The notes under the pieces are model-generated. The model was not told the origin of the DNA. It worked only from the letters and a program-made list of their open reading frames with translations, and did no database searches. A DNA stretch of 64,000 bases, from the NCBI GenBank assembly GCA_013414795.1, contig CP058732.1, positions 1,097,744 through 1,161,743 on the forward strand, in the 5' to 3' direction. Positions within the stretch are counted from its first letter, which is position 1. Every line of letters begins with the position of its first letter. This DNA comes from Candidatus Kapaibacterium sp. (lineage in GTDB: Bacteria > Bacteroidota > Ignavibacteria > Kapaibacteriales > UBA2268). This document shows positions 27,870-37,507 of this stretch, in pieces. The translations under genes and the position numbers were made by a program.

Positions 27870-30800
27870 ATGAAAAGAATTATCAAACTCGCTTTTCTAC
27901 TTTTGTTTGCTGTTACATACTTTTCGCTTTCGCAAGGTATTACGACTTCATCAATTTCCGGCACCGTCGTCGATATTGATGGAAAACCGCTTGTGGGCGC
28001 AACTGTCAAAGCAACACATCTCCCCTCTGGAACAGTTGCTGGCGTTATGGTGAAAAGCAAAGGGAACTTTACCATTCCCGGCTTGCGACCCGGAGGACCC
28101 TACAAAGTTGAAGTTACGATGGTTGGTTTTAAGCCTGAATCCAAAGAAGATATATATTTGACAGTTGGCCAAGAGTTTTCACTTCGCTTCGTCCTGCAAC
28201 CAAAAGATATTCAAACTCGTGAAATCCAAGTTATAAGCGACAGGAACGACATTATCAGTAGCAATAGAACTGGTGCTTCGCAAACTGTAACCGAGGTGGA
28301 AATTGCTACTTTACCAACGATTGCCCGTTCAATTCACGACTATTCTCGTTTATCACCTCTTGTTATTTCTTCAACAAGCGAAGGTTCCAACGTTGGTGCG
28401 AGAAATAGTAAATATAATAATATCCAAGTTGATGGGGCAGCCCTTGGCGACGCATTTGGTTTACCAACCTCTGGAACTCCTGGTGGTCAGGCTGGTGCCG
28501 AGCCTATATCGTTGGACGCAATTGAGGAATTCCAGGTATCTATTGCTCCGTTCGATGTTCGCCAAGGTATGTTCACTGGCGGTTTAATAAATGCTATTAC
28601 TCGTTCTGGCACAAATAAATTGCGAGGAAGTGTCTATTTTTATGGTAGGAATCAAAACTTTGTTGGAAAAAGTCCAATTCCAGATGCAAACGGAGTTCGT
28701 CAACCTTATCCCGATTTCAGCGATTATTTCATTGGTGGCCGAGTTGGAGGTCCTATCATAAGCAACAAATTATTCTACTTTGTTAATGTGGAAACCAAGA
28801 ATAGAAAAGATCCACAGCGTGTTGGTTTGGCGGGGGACCAAGGTTACCCATTTAATTTTAACGTTCCTCGGGACACTCTGGAAAAAATTCGCCAAATTGC
28901 AATTACTAAATATGGCTACGACCCAGGCTCTTACGATCTTTACACTCGAAAGACCGAAGACATTAAATTGTTCTTGCGTGCAGATTACAACATAAATCAA
29001 AACAACCGACTTACCCTTCGCCACAATTTCGTAAAAGCAAATCAAGGCAATGCTGTCACCCGTTCCCAGTTCGCTTTTTCATTCTCTGGTCAGGAATATA
29101 TATTTAATTCAATGCAAAACCAAACTGTTCTTCAATTGAACAGTATTTTTGCAAGCAATATGGCGAATGAACTTCGATTGGTTTATACTGCGATTAGAGA
29201 TAAAAGGGACCCTGTATCTAAACCTTTTCCATCGGTAGCCATATATGATATCGGACCAAAAGGTGAGGATGTTTATCTTGGGGTTGAAAGATTTTCTCAA
29301 GCAAATGCTTTGGACCAAGATATTATCGAATTAACAGATAATTTTACTTATTTCTTTGGCGACCACACATTTACAATTGGTACAAGCAATCAATATGTTG
29401 CTTTCAATAATTTATTCTTGCAAGATTATTATGGAAACTATGGATTTAATTCAATTGCAGACTTCGAGGCTGGTAAACCTTCTCAATACCAATTAAGTTA
29501 TTCTTTGCTTTCTGGGGAACCTCAACCCCGAGCCAAGTTTAAATATTTCCAATTGGGTTTCTATGCACAGGATGAATGGAAAGTTCTGTCGAATTTAAAA
29601 CTTACTTTTGGACTCCGAGCGGATATGTTTGCATTTCCTGAAAACCCACCACAAAACGACTCTTTAACAAAATATTTCCCCGATTTACGAACAGATGAAT
29701 TGCCAACACCGATTGCATTTTCTCCCAGAATAGGATTTAATTGGGACGTTTTCAAGGACAAGACTTTGCAAGTGCGGGGTGGCATTGGTTCATTCTCTGG
29801 TAAGACGCCAGGCGTTTGGATTTCTAATCAATTTTCCAATACAGGGACTGATATCGGAAGAATTGATGTGCGTAATCCCAAAATAACGTTCGAACCCGAC
29901 CCATTCAAGCAAATAACCAAGGTTGACTCTTTAACCCCAATAAGAACAACGGAAATTAACATTACAGATAAAAACCTTAAAATGCCCCAAGTTCTTCGTT
30001 TCAACCTTGCAGTAGACAAGGAATTGCCCTATGGTTTCATCGGAACAATAGAATTCCTTTATGGAAAAACACTTTATGATATGGTTTATAAGAACTTGAA
30101 TAGGCAAATTTTAAAAGCCTCGAACGGTCAAGATTCGACATTGCCCGATGGCAGACCAGTTTACAGTCGGTTCGACGTAAGTCCATTGTTTACAAATGTC
30201 TTGTTAATGACAAATACAACTAAAGGATATCAAACCAGTATTACCTTCCAAATTCAGAAACAATTTGGGAAAGGAATTCTTCCCGATTTGAGTTTCAACT
30301 TTGCTTACACTTGGAGCCGAGCAAAAGATGTTAATAGTTTAACTTCGAGCCGTGCAATTTCAAACTGGCAGTACAATAGAGCAATTGATCCAAATAATCC
30401 AGAACTTGGAACCTCACTTTTCGAAATTCCACATAGAATTCTTGCAAATCTATCTTATAGGTTCAATTACGGAAATGGATTTTCAACATCCTTTGGTATC
30501 TTCTACGAAGGTCGAAGCGGTGCTCCTTTCTCGCTTGCTTATTCCAATGATGCCAATGGAGACCGAACACCAGACAGAAGAGCAACTAACGACTTGGTCT
30601 ATATCCCACTTGCCAAAAATGACCCAGTGATGGTGCTAAAAAATGGTAACTGGGATGAACTAAATGAATTTATTAGTTGGTTCCCAAGCCTTGAAGACCA
30701 GCGTGGGAAGATTTCCGAAAGAAATTCTTTACGACAACCTTGGTATAACCAATTGGATTTAAGAATAACCCAGGAATTTCCAACTCTTCGAGGACAGTCG

Positions 30801-31097
30801 TTGCAAATTTATGTGGACATACTTAATGTGCTGAATTTAATTAATTCAGATTGGGGTCATTTGAAATATGTAAGCAGTGCGGTTTACGATCGTGCCTTTA
30901 CTTACAATGGAATTGTAACACAGGAACTTATTGACGATCCGAAGAACGGCTTCACTCAAAGCGACCTTGGAAAGATGATCGTAACTTTCAGTATTCCTAA
31001 AGATTCCCAAGGGAAACCAAGTAAAGATGCAATGTTTAACACCTCCGATTTAGTTTCCCGCTGGCAAATACAATTTGGAATTAGATACTCATTCTAA
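27870..31097 (+). CDS. TonB-dependent outer-membrane receptor, Oar-like, with N-terminal carboxypeptidase-regulatory-like domain
   Basis: Signal peptide; GLRPGGPY, NNIQVDGA, PISLDAIEEF...PFDVRQG.FTGG.INAITRSGTN; C-terminal QFGIRYSF. Confidence 0.93.
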   Translation: MKRIIKLAFLLLFAVTYFSLSQGITTSSISGTVVDIDGKPLVGATVKATHLPSGTVAGVMVKSKGNFTIPGLRPGGPYKVEVTMVGFKPESKEDIYLTVGQEFSLRFVLQPKDIQTREIQVISDRNDIISSNRTGASQTVTEVEIATLPTIARSIHDYSRLSPLVISSTSEGSNVGARNSKYNNIQVDGAALGDAFGLPTSGTPGGQAGAEPISLDAIEEFQVSIAPFDVRQGMFTGGLINAITRSGTNKLRGSVYFYGRNQNFVGKSPIPDANGVRQPYPDFSDYFIGGRVGGPIISNKLFYFVNVETKNRKDPQRVGLAGDQGYPFNFNVPRDTLEKIRQIAITKYGYDPGSYDLYTRKTEDIKLFLRADYNINQNNRLTLRHNFVKANQGNAVTRSQFAFSFSGQEYIFNSMQNQTVLQLNSIFASNMANELRLVYTAIRDKRDPVSKPFPSVAIYDIGPKGEDVYLGVERFSQANALDQDIIELTDNFTYFFGDHTFTIGTSNQYVAFNNLFLQDYYGNYGFNSIADFEAGKPSQYQLSYSLLSGEPQPRAKFKYFQLGFYAQDEWKVLSNLKLTFGLRADMFAFPENPPQNDSLTKYFPDLRTDELPTPIAFSPRIGFNWDVFKDKTLQVRGGIGSFSGKTPGVWISNQFSNTGTDIGRIDVRNPKITFEPDPFKQITKVDSLTPIRTTEINITDKNLKMPQVLRFNLAVDKELPYGFIGTIEFLYGKTLYDMVYKNLNRQILKASNGQDSTLPDGRPVYSRFDVSPLFTNVLLMTNTTKGYQTSITFQIQKQFGKGILPDLSFNFAYTWSRAKDVNSLTSSRAISNWQYNRAIDPNNPELGTSLFEIPHRILANLSYRFNYGNGFSTSFGIFYEGRSGAPFSLAYSNDANGDRTPDRRATNDLVYIPLAKNDPVMVLKNGNWDELNEFISWFPSLEDQRGKISERNSLRQPWYNQLDLRITQEFPTLRGQSLQIYVDILNVLNLINSDWGHLKYVSSAVYDRAFTYNGIVTQELIDDPKNGFTQSDLGKMIVTFSIPKDSQGKPSKDAMFNTSDLVSRWQIQFGIRYSF

Positions 31098-31110
31098 ATG
31101 ATTTCGTTAT

Positions 31111-31148
31111 GGGGGCACAAAATTTGTGCCCCTTTTTTGATTTTTTTA
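31111..31148 (+). terminator. Rho-independent terminator
   Basis: ggggcacaa-aat-ttgtgcccc stem followed by T tracts. Confidence 0.85.
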
Positions 31149-31170
31149 TGTTTTTTTTAAAAAAAATTAT

Positions 31171-31178
31171 TAATTTTG
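31171..31178 (+). promoter_or_regulatory. -7 promoter element (TAATTTTG) of tRNA-Phe
   Basis: Exact TAnnTTTG ending 11 nt before the mature tRNA 5' end. Confidence 0.6.
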
Positions 31179-31189
31179 TATTTCGAATT

Positions 31190-31262
31190 GGCTAGGTAGC
31201 TCAGTTGGTAGAGCAGTGGACTGAAAATCCACGTGTCGGCGGTTCGATTCCGTCCCTAGCCA
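31190..31262 (+). tRNA. tRNA-Phe (GAA); CCA not encoded
   Basis: GGCTAGG/CCTAGCC acceptor stem, GTGGA-CTGAAAA-TCCAC anticodon arm, TTCGA T-loop. Confidence 0.97.
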
Positions 31263-31334
31263 CTTTTTTATTGCCTAACAACAAAATTTAAAACATTTTG
31301 TAATGCTATTTTGATTATAAATTGCTTTATTGTA

Positions 31335-31342
31335 TATTTTTG
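31335..31342 (+). promoter_or_regulatory. -7 promoter element (TATTTTTG) upstream of ricT
   Basis: TAnnTTTG match about 40 nt before ATG 31385. Confidence 0.4.
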
Positions 31343-31384
31343 CTTAATTTTAGTTTTTTATTTTGGGAAAATCGTGAGAAATAA

Positions 31385-32515
31385 ATGGAAAATATACATA
31401 ATTCAGAAAGTTCTGAGAACGACGACAAGGTTTCTCAAAATCTAAAGAAACGTAGTCCATATTATTATCAAATTCTTAGACAAAATTCATTTGTCCCACG
31501 AGGTGTTGAAACTCGTTACTATAACTTAGAGTATTTTGGGGACTTCGATGTTGGAGAAGTCAAATATAACGGGGACAACAAAGGAGTAGTCTCCGAACTT
31601 GTTGAGGTTGTCTTCAAAGTTAAACGAAAAAAAATTTATAAAAATCCGAATAAACTATCCTTTTTCAATTACGAGTATGTGATTGTTGAAGTTGAAAATG
31701 GATTTGATATTGCCACAGTTATTTCAATTGGCAAAGAGGCTCAAGATAAATGGGAGAAGAATTATAAGCGAGAGGAAGTTCAATTTTCAGTGGTTCGTTT
31801 TGCCACTGATAAAGATATGGCTATCTTTGAAAAAAATCGTCACGAAGAGCCATTGGTTGTAGAAACTACCAAAGAACTTGCCAAAAAACATAAACTTGAT
31901 ATTAAGGTTACAGACGCAGAATGGCAACTCGACCGCCAAAGATTAACGATTTATTTCAGTGCACCGCAAAGAGTTGATTTTCGAGAGTTAGTGAAGGACC
32001 TTGCTAAAATCTATAAAACTCGTATTGAATTACGCCAAATTAGTACCCGTGAGGAAGCCCGTCGTATTGGGGGAATGGGACCTTGCGGGCTACCCTTGTG
32101 CTGTTCGACTTTCTCTTGCCAGAGTTGTCACGTTACTTTGGACCATGCCAGACAACAGCGACTTGCTAACAATGTCTCCAAATTAAGTGGTTACTGTGGA
32201 CGTTTGAAATGCTGTATCTTATACGAACACGATGTGTATCTTGAAGAATATAAAAACTATCCACCGATGTTTTCTGTTGTTGAACTTCCAGACGGTATCG
32301 CCCGTATCCACAAAATCGATATTTTTAACCATAGAGTTCATTTACTTCTTGAAAACAACGGATATATCAGAATTGTTCCTAAAGAAGAAATCGACAAATT
32401 GGTTGCTCTTGGTAAGGTGAGACCCCCAGACAAAATCGTCGAAGAGCAACTCTTTGACGACGACCGCAATCTCAGTCCCGAAGACATTTCTATGCTTGAA
32501 GATGATATTCTTTGA
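31385..32515 (+). CDS. ricT: PSP1-domain / RicT (YaaT)-like Fe-S protein
   Basis: RVDFRELVKDLA, TRIELRQI..REEA..IGG.GPCG..LCC, KLSGYCGRLKCC..YE. Confidence 0.9.
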   Translation: MENIHNSESSENDDKVSQNLKKRSPYYYQILRQNSFVPRGVETRYYNLEYFGDFDVGEVKYNGDNKGVVSELVEVVFKVKRKKIYKNPNKLSFFNYEYVIVEVENGFDIATVISIGKEAQDKWEKNYKREEVQFSVVRFATDKDMAIFEKNRHEEPLVVETTKELAKKHKLDIKVTDAEWQLDRQRLTIYFSAPQRVDFRELVKDLAKIYKTRIELRQISTREEARRIGGMGPCGLPLCCSTFSCQSCHVTLDHARQQRLANNVSKLSGYCGRLKCCILYEHDVYLEEYKNYPPMFSVVELPDGIARIHKIDIFNHRVHLLLENNGYIRIVPKEEIDKLVALGKVRPPDKIVEEQLFDDDRNLSPEDISMLEDDIL

Positions 32516-32518
32516 TAT

Positions 32519-32947
32519 ATGCAAGTTTCTTGTATTAATAAAGATAACTTAAATATTGATATTAATTGTTTGGATAGGGTAAAGCGAAATTTATTATTTT
32601 GTAGAAAGCCACTTTTCCCCAAACTCCCTCTAAAGAAGTTTTCTCTTTTTGCTTTTCTTTTTGGTTTATTTGCTTTCGTTTTTGGTCTGTTGTTCCAATT
32701 TTGGGTGCAAACATCAGAAAACCCACAAATGCTTAGCGGTAAACCGAATTTCAACCTTTCCATAGCGTTACCATTTGCTTTTGAAATTGCAATGTTGATT
32801 GTCGGAATTTTGATTTTTCTTCGATTTTTGTTGGTTAACTTGTATTTTAATAGACAAGTGCCGAATGATGTGAAAAAATTTATTAATAATATGGACGAAA
32901 ATTCTGTTCTAATCGTTTCTTTAAATGACACAGATAATGAAAAGTAA
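32519..32947 (+). CDS. Shortened DUF3341 / ActD-like membrane protein
   Basis: Two TM helices around QFW...NPQMLSGKPNF...PFAFEIAML, resembling the ActD core (YP..GGKP...P.TFE..L). Confidence 0.65.
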   Translation: MQVSCINKDNLNIDINCLDRVKRNLLFCRKPLFPKLPLKKFSLFAFLFGLFAFVFGLLFQFWVQTSENPQMLSGKPNFNLSIALPFAFEIAMLIVGILIFLRFLLVNLYFNRQVPNDVKKFINNMDENSVLIVSLNDTDNEK

Positions 32948-32960
32948 ATGTATTATTTTA

Positions 32961-33554
32961 ATGAAGAGAGAAGTTATTGTTTATTTAATACTTACGTTTT
33001 TAACTTTGATTTTTATATTTTTGTTGTGTTTAAATTTTGGGTTAATTAACATTTATAAGAGTTTCCATTTGCAAATTATTGCTGATATGGATAATCAGAA
33101 CAAATTGTCGCAAGATAATTTTTATAATATCCATAAGGCATTCCCTAAACAGTTTTCGGTTATGAACAATTATCCCAAACAGTCACTTTTCTATCCTTAT
33201 GAACCGCAGGAATTTAGTGAACCTGAAGAAAAGTTTACTAATCCTTTGCCCAGAACTTCTTTTGTTTTGATGCGTGGGAAAACTTTGTTCCATCGTTTTT
33301 GCATTCCTTGCCACGATGTAAATGGAAAGGGAAATGGACCTGTCGTAACCCAAGTTGTTTTAAAAGAAGACGAGGAAGGATTTCCTCCACCCAAAGATTT
33401 AACAAGCGAAACTACAAAGAAATTGTCCGATGGTCGATTATTTCACATTCTATCTGCTGGACAAAATTTAATGTTCTCATACCACGATAAATTAACCGAC
33501 TTTGACAAATGGGCATTGATACACTATTTAAGAGAATTACAAATTGAAAAATAA
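32961..33554 (+). CDS. Membrane-anchored monoheme cytochrome c, ActE-like
   Basis: DMDNQNK, NPLP...RGKTLF..FCIPCH...GKGNG, DGRLFHIL..GQNLMFSY...DKWALIHYLRELQ. Track start 32925; ATG 32961 preferred. Confidence 0.85.
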   Translation: MKREVIVYLILTFLTLIFIFLLCLNFGLINIYKSFHLQIIADMDNQNKLSQDNFYNIHKAFPKQFSVMNNYPKQSLFYPYEPQEFSEPEEKFTNPLPRTSFVLMRGKTLFHRFCIPCHDVNGKGNGPVVTQVVLKEDEEGFPPPKDLTSETTKKLSDGRLFHILSAGQNLMFSYHDKLTDFDKWALIHYLRELQIEK

Positions 33555-33567
33555 ATATGGAGGTTGT

Positions 33568-36500
33568 ATGAAAAGAAATTTCGTTGCATTCGCTTTAATT
33601 TTTATTTTATCTTTTGTTGCTTTTTCGCAACAAAATCCGCAATTTAGATTTTACTTCAATGGAAACGATGTTACTTCTGTCGTTCCAGTATTTGGAAATT
33701 CGATTTTTTTAATCGGTTCTCGTGAAGCGGGCTTGGGAGTTTACAACTTTGATTCATTAAAATACATTGGATTAATTCAAAAAATTTATGTTCCAATTCC
33801 AAGCCACAACATTCGGGCATTGAGAAAATATTCGAATGATACTTTATGGATTTGTACCGACCGAGGACTTGTACGATTACGAAGCAATCAATTTGTTGTA
33901 TATAATAGCCAAAATTCGCCACTTCCCTCTGATATTATTAACGACATTTATGTCGATGCTGTTGGAATTTGGTGGATTGCGACTAACAAAGGCTTGGTTA
34001 TGAAATCTGATACGAATTGGGTTGTGTTCAACAGATTAAATTCTGGAATTCCAGATGATTATGTCAATACTGTTAAAGTAGACCCAATCGGAAATGTTTG
34101 GGTAGCAACACCAAACGGTTTGGGTATGTATGACAGGACAGATTGGTATGTATTTGATACAAACAATAGTGGTTTGCCCGATAACTTCATCACATTCATT
34201 GAGTTCGATAATTTCAACAATTCCAAATGGGTTGGTACATTGCACGGCGGACTTGTTCACTGGATTGGGAATAACTTTAATGTTTACGATACCAGCAATT
34301 CAATGTTGCCCAGCAATGCTGTTACTGCTTTTGCTTTTGATACTTCCCATAATAAGTGGGTAGGTACGAACAATGGGTTAGTGTTGATAGACCAAATGGG
34401 TTGGACAATTTTTAACACCACGAACTCTGGTTTATCTGACAATCACATAAACTCAATTTTTATCGATTCTTTGAACAGAAAATTTATTTCTACAAGGAAT
34501 AAATTGACTTTAATCAGCGATACAAACTTTTTTGTCTTAAGTTTTGAAAATTCAAAACTTTCGACCAACTATGTAAAAAAAGTTGTCGAGGGAGTTGACC
34601 TTGTTAAATGGATTGTTACACCAGACGGTTTGGTCTCGTACGAGGGAAATAATTGGAATGTTTATAACAATGCAAATTCACCAATAACCCACGCAATAAA
34701 TGACATTGCTGTTGATACTGACAATAAACTATGGATTGCAACAGATTCTGGGTTGATTGTCAAGGGTGGATTAACGAACTGGCAAACTATTTTCCCATAT
34801 CCAAATGACGCTCCAAGCAATAGGATTATGCGAATATTGCCATCTTCTCGTGGTATATGGGTAGGAACTGACTCTGGATTGGTACTTTTCGACAATGGTC
34901 AATGGTTTAGGCTCGATACAATGTATGGAGCGAAGTTAAATGGTTTGATAACTTCAATTAGTTCGAAATGGGTTGAAGATTCCTTGGGGCAATACGAAAG
35001 AGTTTACGTGGGACTTGCCCGAGAAGGAATTGCAGTATTCGAGCGGGACACTGTTCGCTTTATAGATGATTCCAACTCGCCACTAACAATGATTTACATC
35101 ACAGATGTAAAAGAGAACTTTGATGGCAAGTTGTATGTTGGTACACTCGAGCAGGGATTGTTTACTTATGATACAATGTGGGTTGCACATAATCCAATTA
35201 CAGAAGATTTCCCTGATTTCACTGTCCTTGATATTTCTTTCGACCGTAACAACAAACCTTGGGTAACCACGCTTGCTGGTGGAATTTGGGTTTCAATCGA
35301 TGACACAACTTATTATGTTATTACAGAAGATAATTATCCATTCTATACAAATAATTTCAACTCTGTCTTTGTTGATTTATCGAACAACAAGTGGATTTCA
35401 ACTCATTTTGGGCTTTATGTGTTCAACCAAGATACGATAAAGCCAGAGATGAAAATGAAGAAATATGATGTAGAAATTTGCGAAGGGAACACATTTACAC
35501 TCGATTTTTACACTTTTTACCCGTTTGACCAGAATAATAGATTCCTGGTTCAAATGAGCGATGAATTTGGAATGTTTGATTCTACAACGGTTATAGGTTC
35601 GATTCAATCGAGAAATAGCAGAACAATTTTGTGCTATATTCCAAAGGGAACTCGACCAAGTTCACTTTACAAGTTGCGAATTGTTTCAACCAGCCCAGAA
35701 ATGATTTCCGTGCCATCGGGCTATGCTGACAGATTAGTCATTAACCCGCTTCCGCATCCAAAAATCAATGGAGATTCAATCATATGTGCCAAAGGGGTTA
35801 TTAAACTTTGGGCAATAAGGGAAGGACCAGGTTCAAATCTTTGGTCTTTCGTTTGGAATGTCGAAGGTGGAGTTTTACTTTCGCCACCCACGGACGACAC
35901 TGTTTATGTGAGATTCGATACGGTAAACACTGGACGAGTTGTTTTAACCGCATTTACTGATAAAGGTTGTAGTGATTCTGTCGCTAAAATCATTAATGTG
36001 TCAACACCTCCTGGAAGAATTTTGAACGGTCAAGCAAGGGTATGTTCGGGTGAGGCATTTATTTATTCTACAACCGACTCATCAAATATTTACAACAGTT
36101 GGTCTGTTATAAATGGTGTTTTGGAAAAAAAGTTGGCTAACAATGTTGTAGTGGTTCGTTGGGGAAACCAAACACCAGGTTATGTGGTTTTGAAACGAGT
36201 TAATCAATATGGTTGTATTGATTCTGTTAAACTAAAAGTTGATATTTTCCCAACTCCCAATGCTTCAATTTCTGGAAAACAAGAAGTTCTTGTAGAAAGC
36301 GTGGAGAAATATATAACTCATCGAATAGACGCCTCTGTTTCGAATAAGTGGAGTGTAGTAAATGGAATTATTATTGGAAGAGACAATGGAGATACTGTCG
36401 AAGTTGGTTGGCCCTCTGGCGGTTATGGAAAAGTGAAATTAGTTCAACGAACTCTTGCTGGTTGCTCTGATTCTTCTGAAAAAATTGTCAGAATATTCGA

Positions 36501-37212
36501 AAGAGTTAGTATGTTTGGCGACACCTTGGTTTGCGAGAATTCCGAGACATACTACGAAGCAATCTCTAATCTTGGTGCAAATAATCAATGGTATGTAACT
36601 GGTGGAGTAATAACTTCGAACCCGCAAAACCGAAGGGTTTGGGTGCGTTGGAACAATCCTGGCTCTGGAACTATAAAACTTGTTCAAACTGTTCCTGGAA
36701 CCTTCTTTAAAGATTCCATTAGGAAGACAATAACAATTGCCAAGATTCCCAATAAGCCATTCATTGTCGATAGCGGAGGATATTTATTTTCAAGTGCACC
36801 CTATGGAAATCAATGGTATTTTAATGGGCAAATTTTGTTTGGTGATACAAATCGGACTATTGTCCCATTACGCACTGGTTATTATACTGTAAAAGTTAAA
36901 AGTGCTCCAAATTGTGAAAGCGAAATGTCCGATCCATTCTATTTCGTAAGTGGTGTTGAAGATGAACTTAGTGGTTTGAAGATATATCCCAATCCTACCA
37001 GTGGAAATCTATTTATAGCCAATTACGATGATTTGTCCATTGAATCAGTTACAATAAGAGATTTGCTTGGTATTGAGTTGATACGGTTCAATCGCGGAGA
37101 GATTATGCAGAGAGGAGTAATTGATTTGTCTGGATTGACAAGCGGAACTTACTATGTGGTTATAAAAGTTTCTGGCTATGATATAACCAAACCAATAACA
37201 CTGATTAAATAG
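33568..37212 (+). CDS. Large T9SS-secreted protein: Reg_prop-type beta-propeller repeats, about four PKD/Ig-like domains, type A CTD
   Basis: ATG 33568 after GGAGG; repeats FN..NSGLP.N.I..I..D....WIGT..GL; Ig repeats G...VC...W.V..G...V.W...G.G; CTD IYPNP...DLLG...L.SGTYYV. Confidence 0.9.
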   Translation: MKRNFVAFALIFILSFVAFSQQNPQFRFYFNGNDVTSVVPVFGNSIFLIGSREAGLGVYNFDSLKYIGLIQKIYVPIPSHNIRALRKYSNDTLWICTDRGLVRLRSNQFVVYNSQNSPLPSDIINDIYVDAVGIWWIATNKGLVMKSDTNWVVFNRLNSGIPDDYVNTVKVDPIGNVWVATPNGLGMYDRTDWYVFDTNNSGLPDNFITFIEFDNFNNSKWVGTLHGGLVHWIGNNFNVYDTSNSMLPSNAVTAFAFDTSHNKWVGTNNGLVLIDQMGWTIFNTTNSGLSDNHINSIFIDSLNRKFISTRNKLTLISDTNFFVLSFENSKLSTNYVKKVVEGVDLVKWIVTPDGLVSYEGNNWNVYNNANSPITHAINDIAVDTDNKLWIATDSGLIVKGGLTNWQTIFPYPNDAPSNRIMRILPSSRGIWVGTDSGLVLFDNGQWFRLDTMYGAKLNGLITSISSKWVEDSLGQYERVYVGLAREGIAVFERDTVRFIDDSNSPLTMIYITDVKENFDGKLYVGTLEQGLFTYDTMWVAHNPITEDFPDFTVLDISFDRNNKPWVTTLAGGIWVSIDDTTYYVITEDNYPFYTNNFNSVFVDLSNNKWISTHFGLYVFNQDTIKPEMKMKKYDVEICEGNTFTLDFYTFYPFDQNNRFLVQMSDEFGMFDSTTVIGSIQSRNSRTILCYIPKGTRPSSLYKLRIVSTSPEMISVPSGYADRLVINPLPHPKINGDSIICAKGVIKLWAIREGPGSNLWSFVWNVEGGVLLSPPTDDTVYVRFDTVNTGRVVLTAFTDKGCSDSVAKIINVSTPPGRILNGQARVCSGEAFIYSTTDSSNIYNSWSVINGVLEKKLANNVVVVRWGNQTPGYVVLKRVNQYGCIDSVKLKVDIFPTPNASISGKQEVLVESVEKYITHRIDASVSNKWSVVNGIIIGRDNGDTVEVGWPSGGYGKVKLVQRTLAGCSDSSEKIVRIFERVSMFGDTLVCENSETYYEAISNLGANNQWYVTGGVITSNPQNRRVWVRWNNPGSGTIKLVQTVPGTFFKDSIRKTITIAKIPNKPFIVDSGGYLFSSAPYGNQWYFNGQILFGDTNRTIVPLRTGYYTVKVKSAPNCESEMSDPFYFVSGVEDELSGLKIYPNPTSGNLFIANYDDLSIESVTIRDLLGIELIRFNRGEIMQRGVIDLSGLTSGTYYVVIKVSGYDITKPITLIK

Positions 37213-37234
37213 GAACTGGTAGTTTGGAATTTCG

Positions 37235-37242
37235 TAATTTTG
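37235..37242 (+). promoter_or_regulatory. -7 promoter element (TAATTTTG) of the tRNA-Ser/tRNA-Leu pair
   Basis: Exact TAnnTTTG ending 13 nt before tRNA-Ser; same 8-mer as before tRNA-Phe. Confidence 0.6.
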
Positions 37243-37255
37243 CATTTTGAAAAAA

Positions 37256-37342
37256 GGAGAGTTGCCGGAGTGGTCGAACGGGGCGGTCTCGAAAACCGTT
37301 GAAGGAGCAATCCTTCCGGGGGTTCGAATCCCTCACTCTCCG
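37256..37342 (+). tRNA. tRNA-Ser (CGA); CCA not encoded
   Basis: GGAGAGT/ACTCTCC acceptor, GCGGT-CTCGAAA-ACCGT arm, long variable arm GAAGGA-GCAA-TCCTTC, G discriminator. Confidence 0.96.
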
Positions 37343-37347
37343 CGACT

Positions 37348-37431
37348 GCCCGGATGGCGGAACTGGTAGACGCGCTGCGTTCAGGGCGCAGTGGCTGTAA
37401 AGCCGTGCAGGTTCGATTCCTGTTCCGGGCA
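37348..37431 (+). tRNA. tRNA-Leu (CAG); CCA not encoded
   Basis: GCCCGGA/TCCGGGC acceptor, CTGCG-TTCAGGG-CGCAG arm, variable arm, A discriminator. Confidence 0.96.
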
Positions 37432-37507
37432 CTAAAAGGCTAGTCTATTTGATTTTTCCTTTGATTAAAGGGCTTTTTGTTTGATGCATTTATCTAAAAA
37501 TGCGAGG

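Noticed and set aside
32513..32521. ricT TGA is in frame with the actD-like ATG (TGA TAT ATG): possible readthrough or selenocysteine
   Set aside because: No SECIS-like hairpin seen, RicT ends in a normal acidic tail, and an in-frame neighbour has a 1-in-3 chance
32338..32931. 197-aa minus-strand ORF
   Set aside because: Antisense to ricT and the ActD-like gene, which carry recognisable motifs
31190..37431. Segment between tRNA-Phe and tRNA-Ser/Leu as a genomic island
   Set aside because: No integrase and no duplicated tRNA 3' end; includes the housekeeping-type gene ricT
37205..37432. 75-aa minus-strand ORF
   Set aside because: Antisense reading of tRNA-Ser and tRNA-Leu
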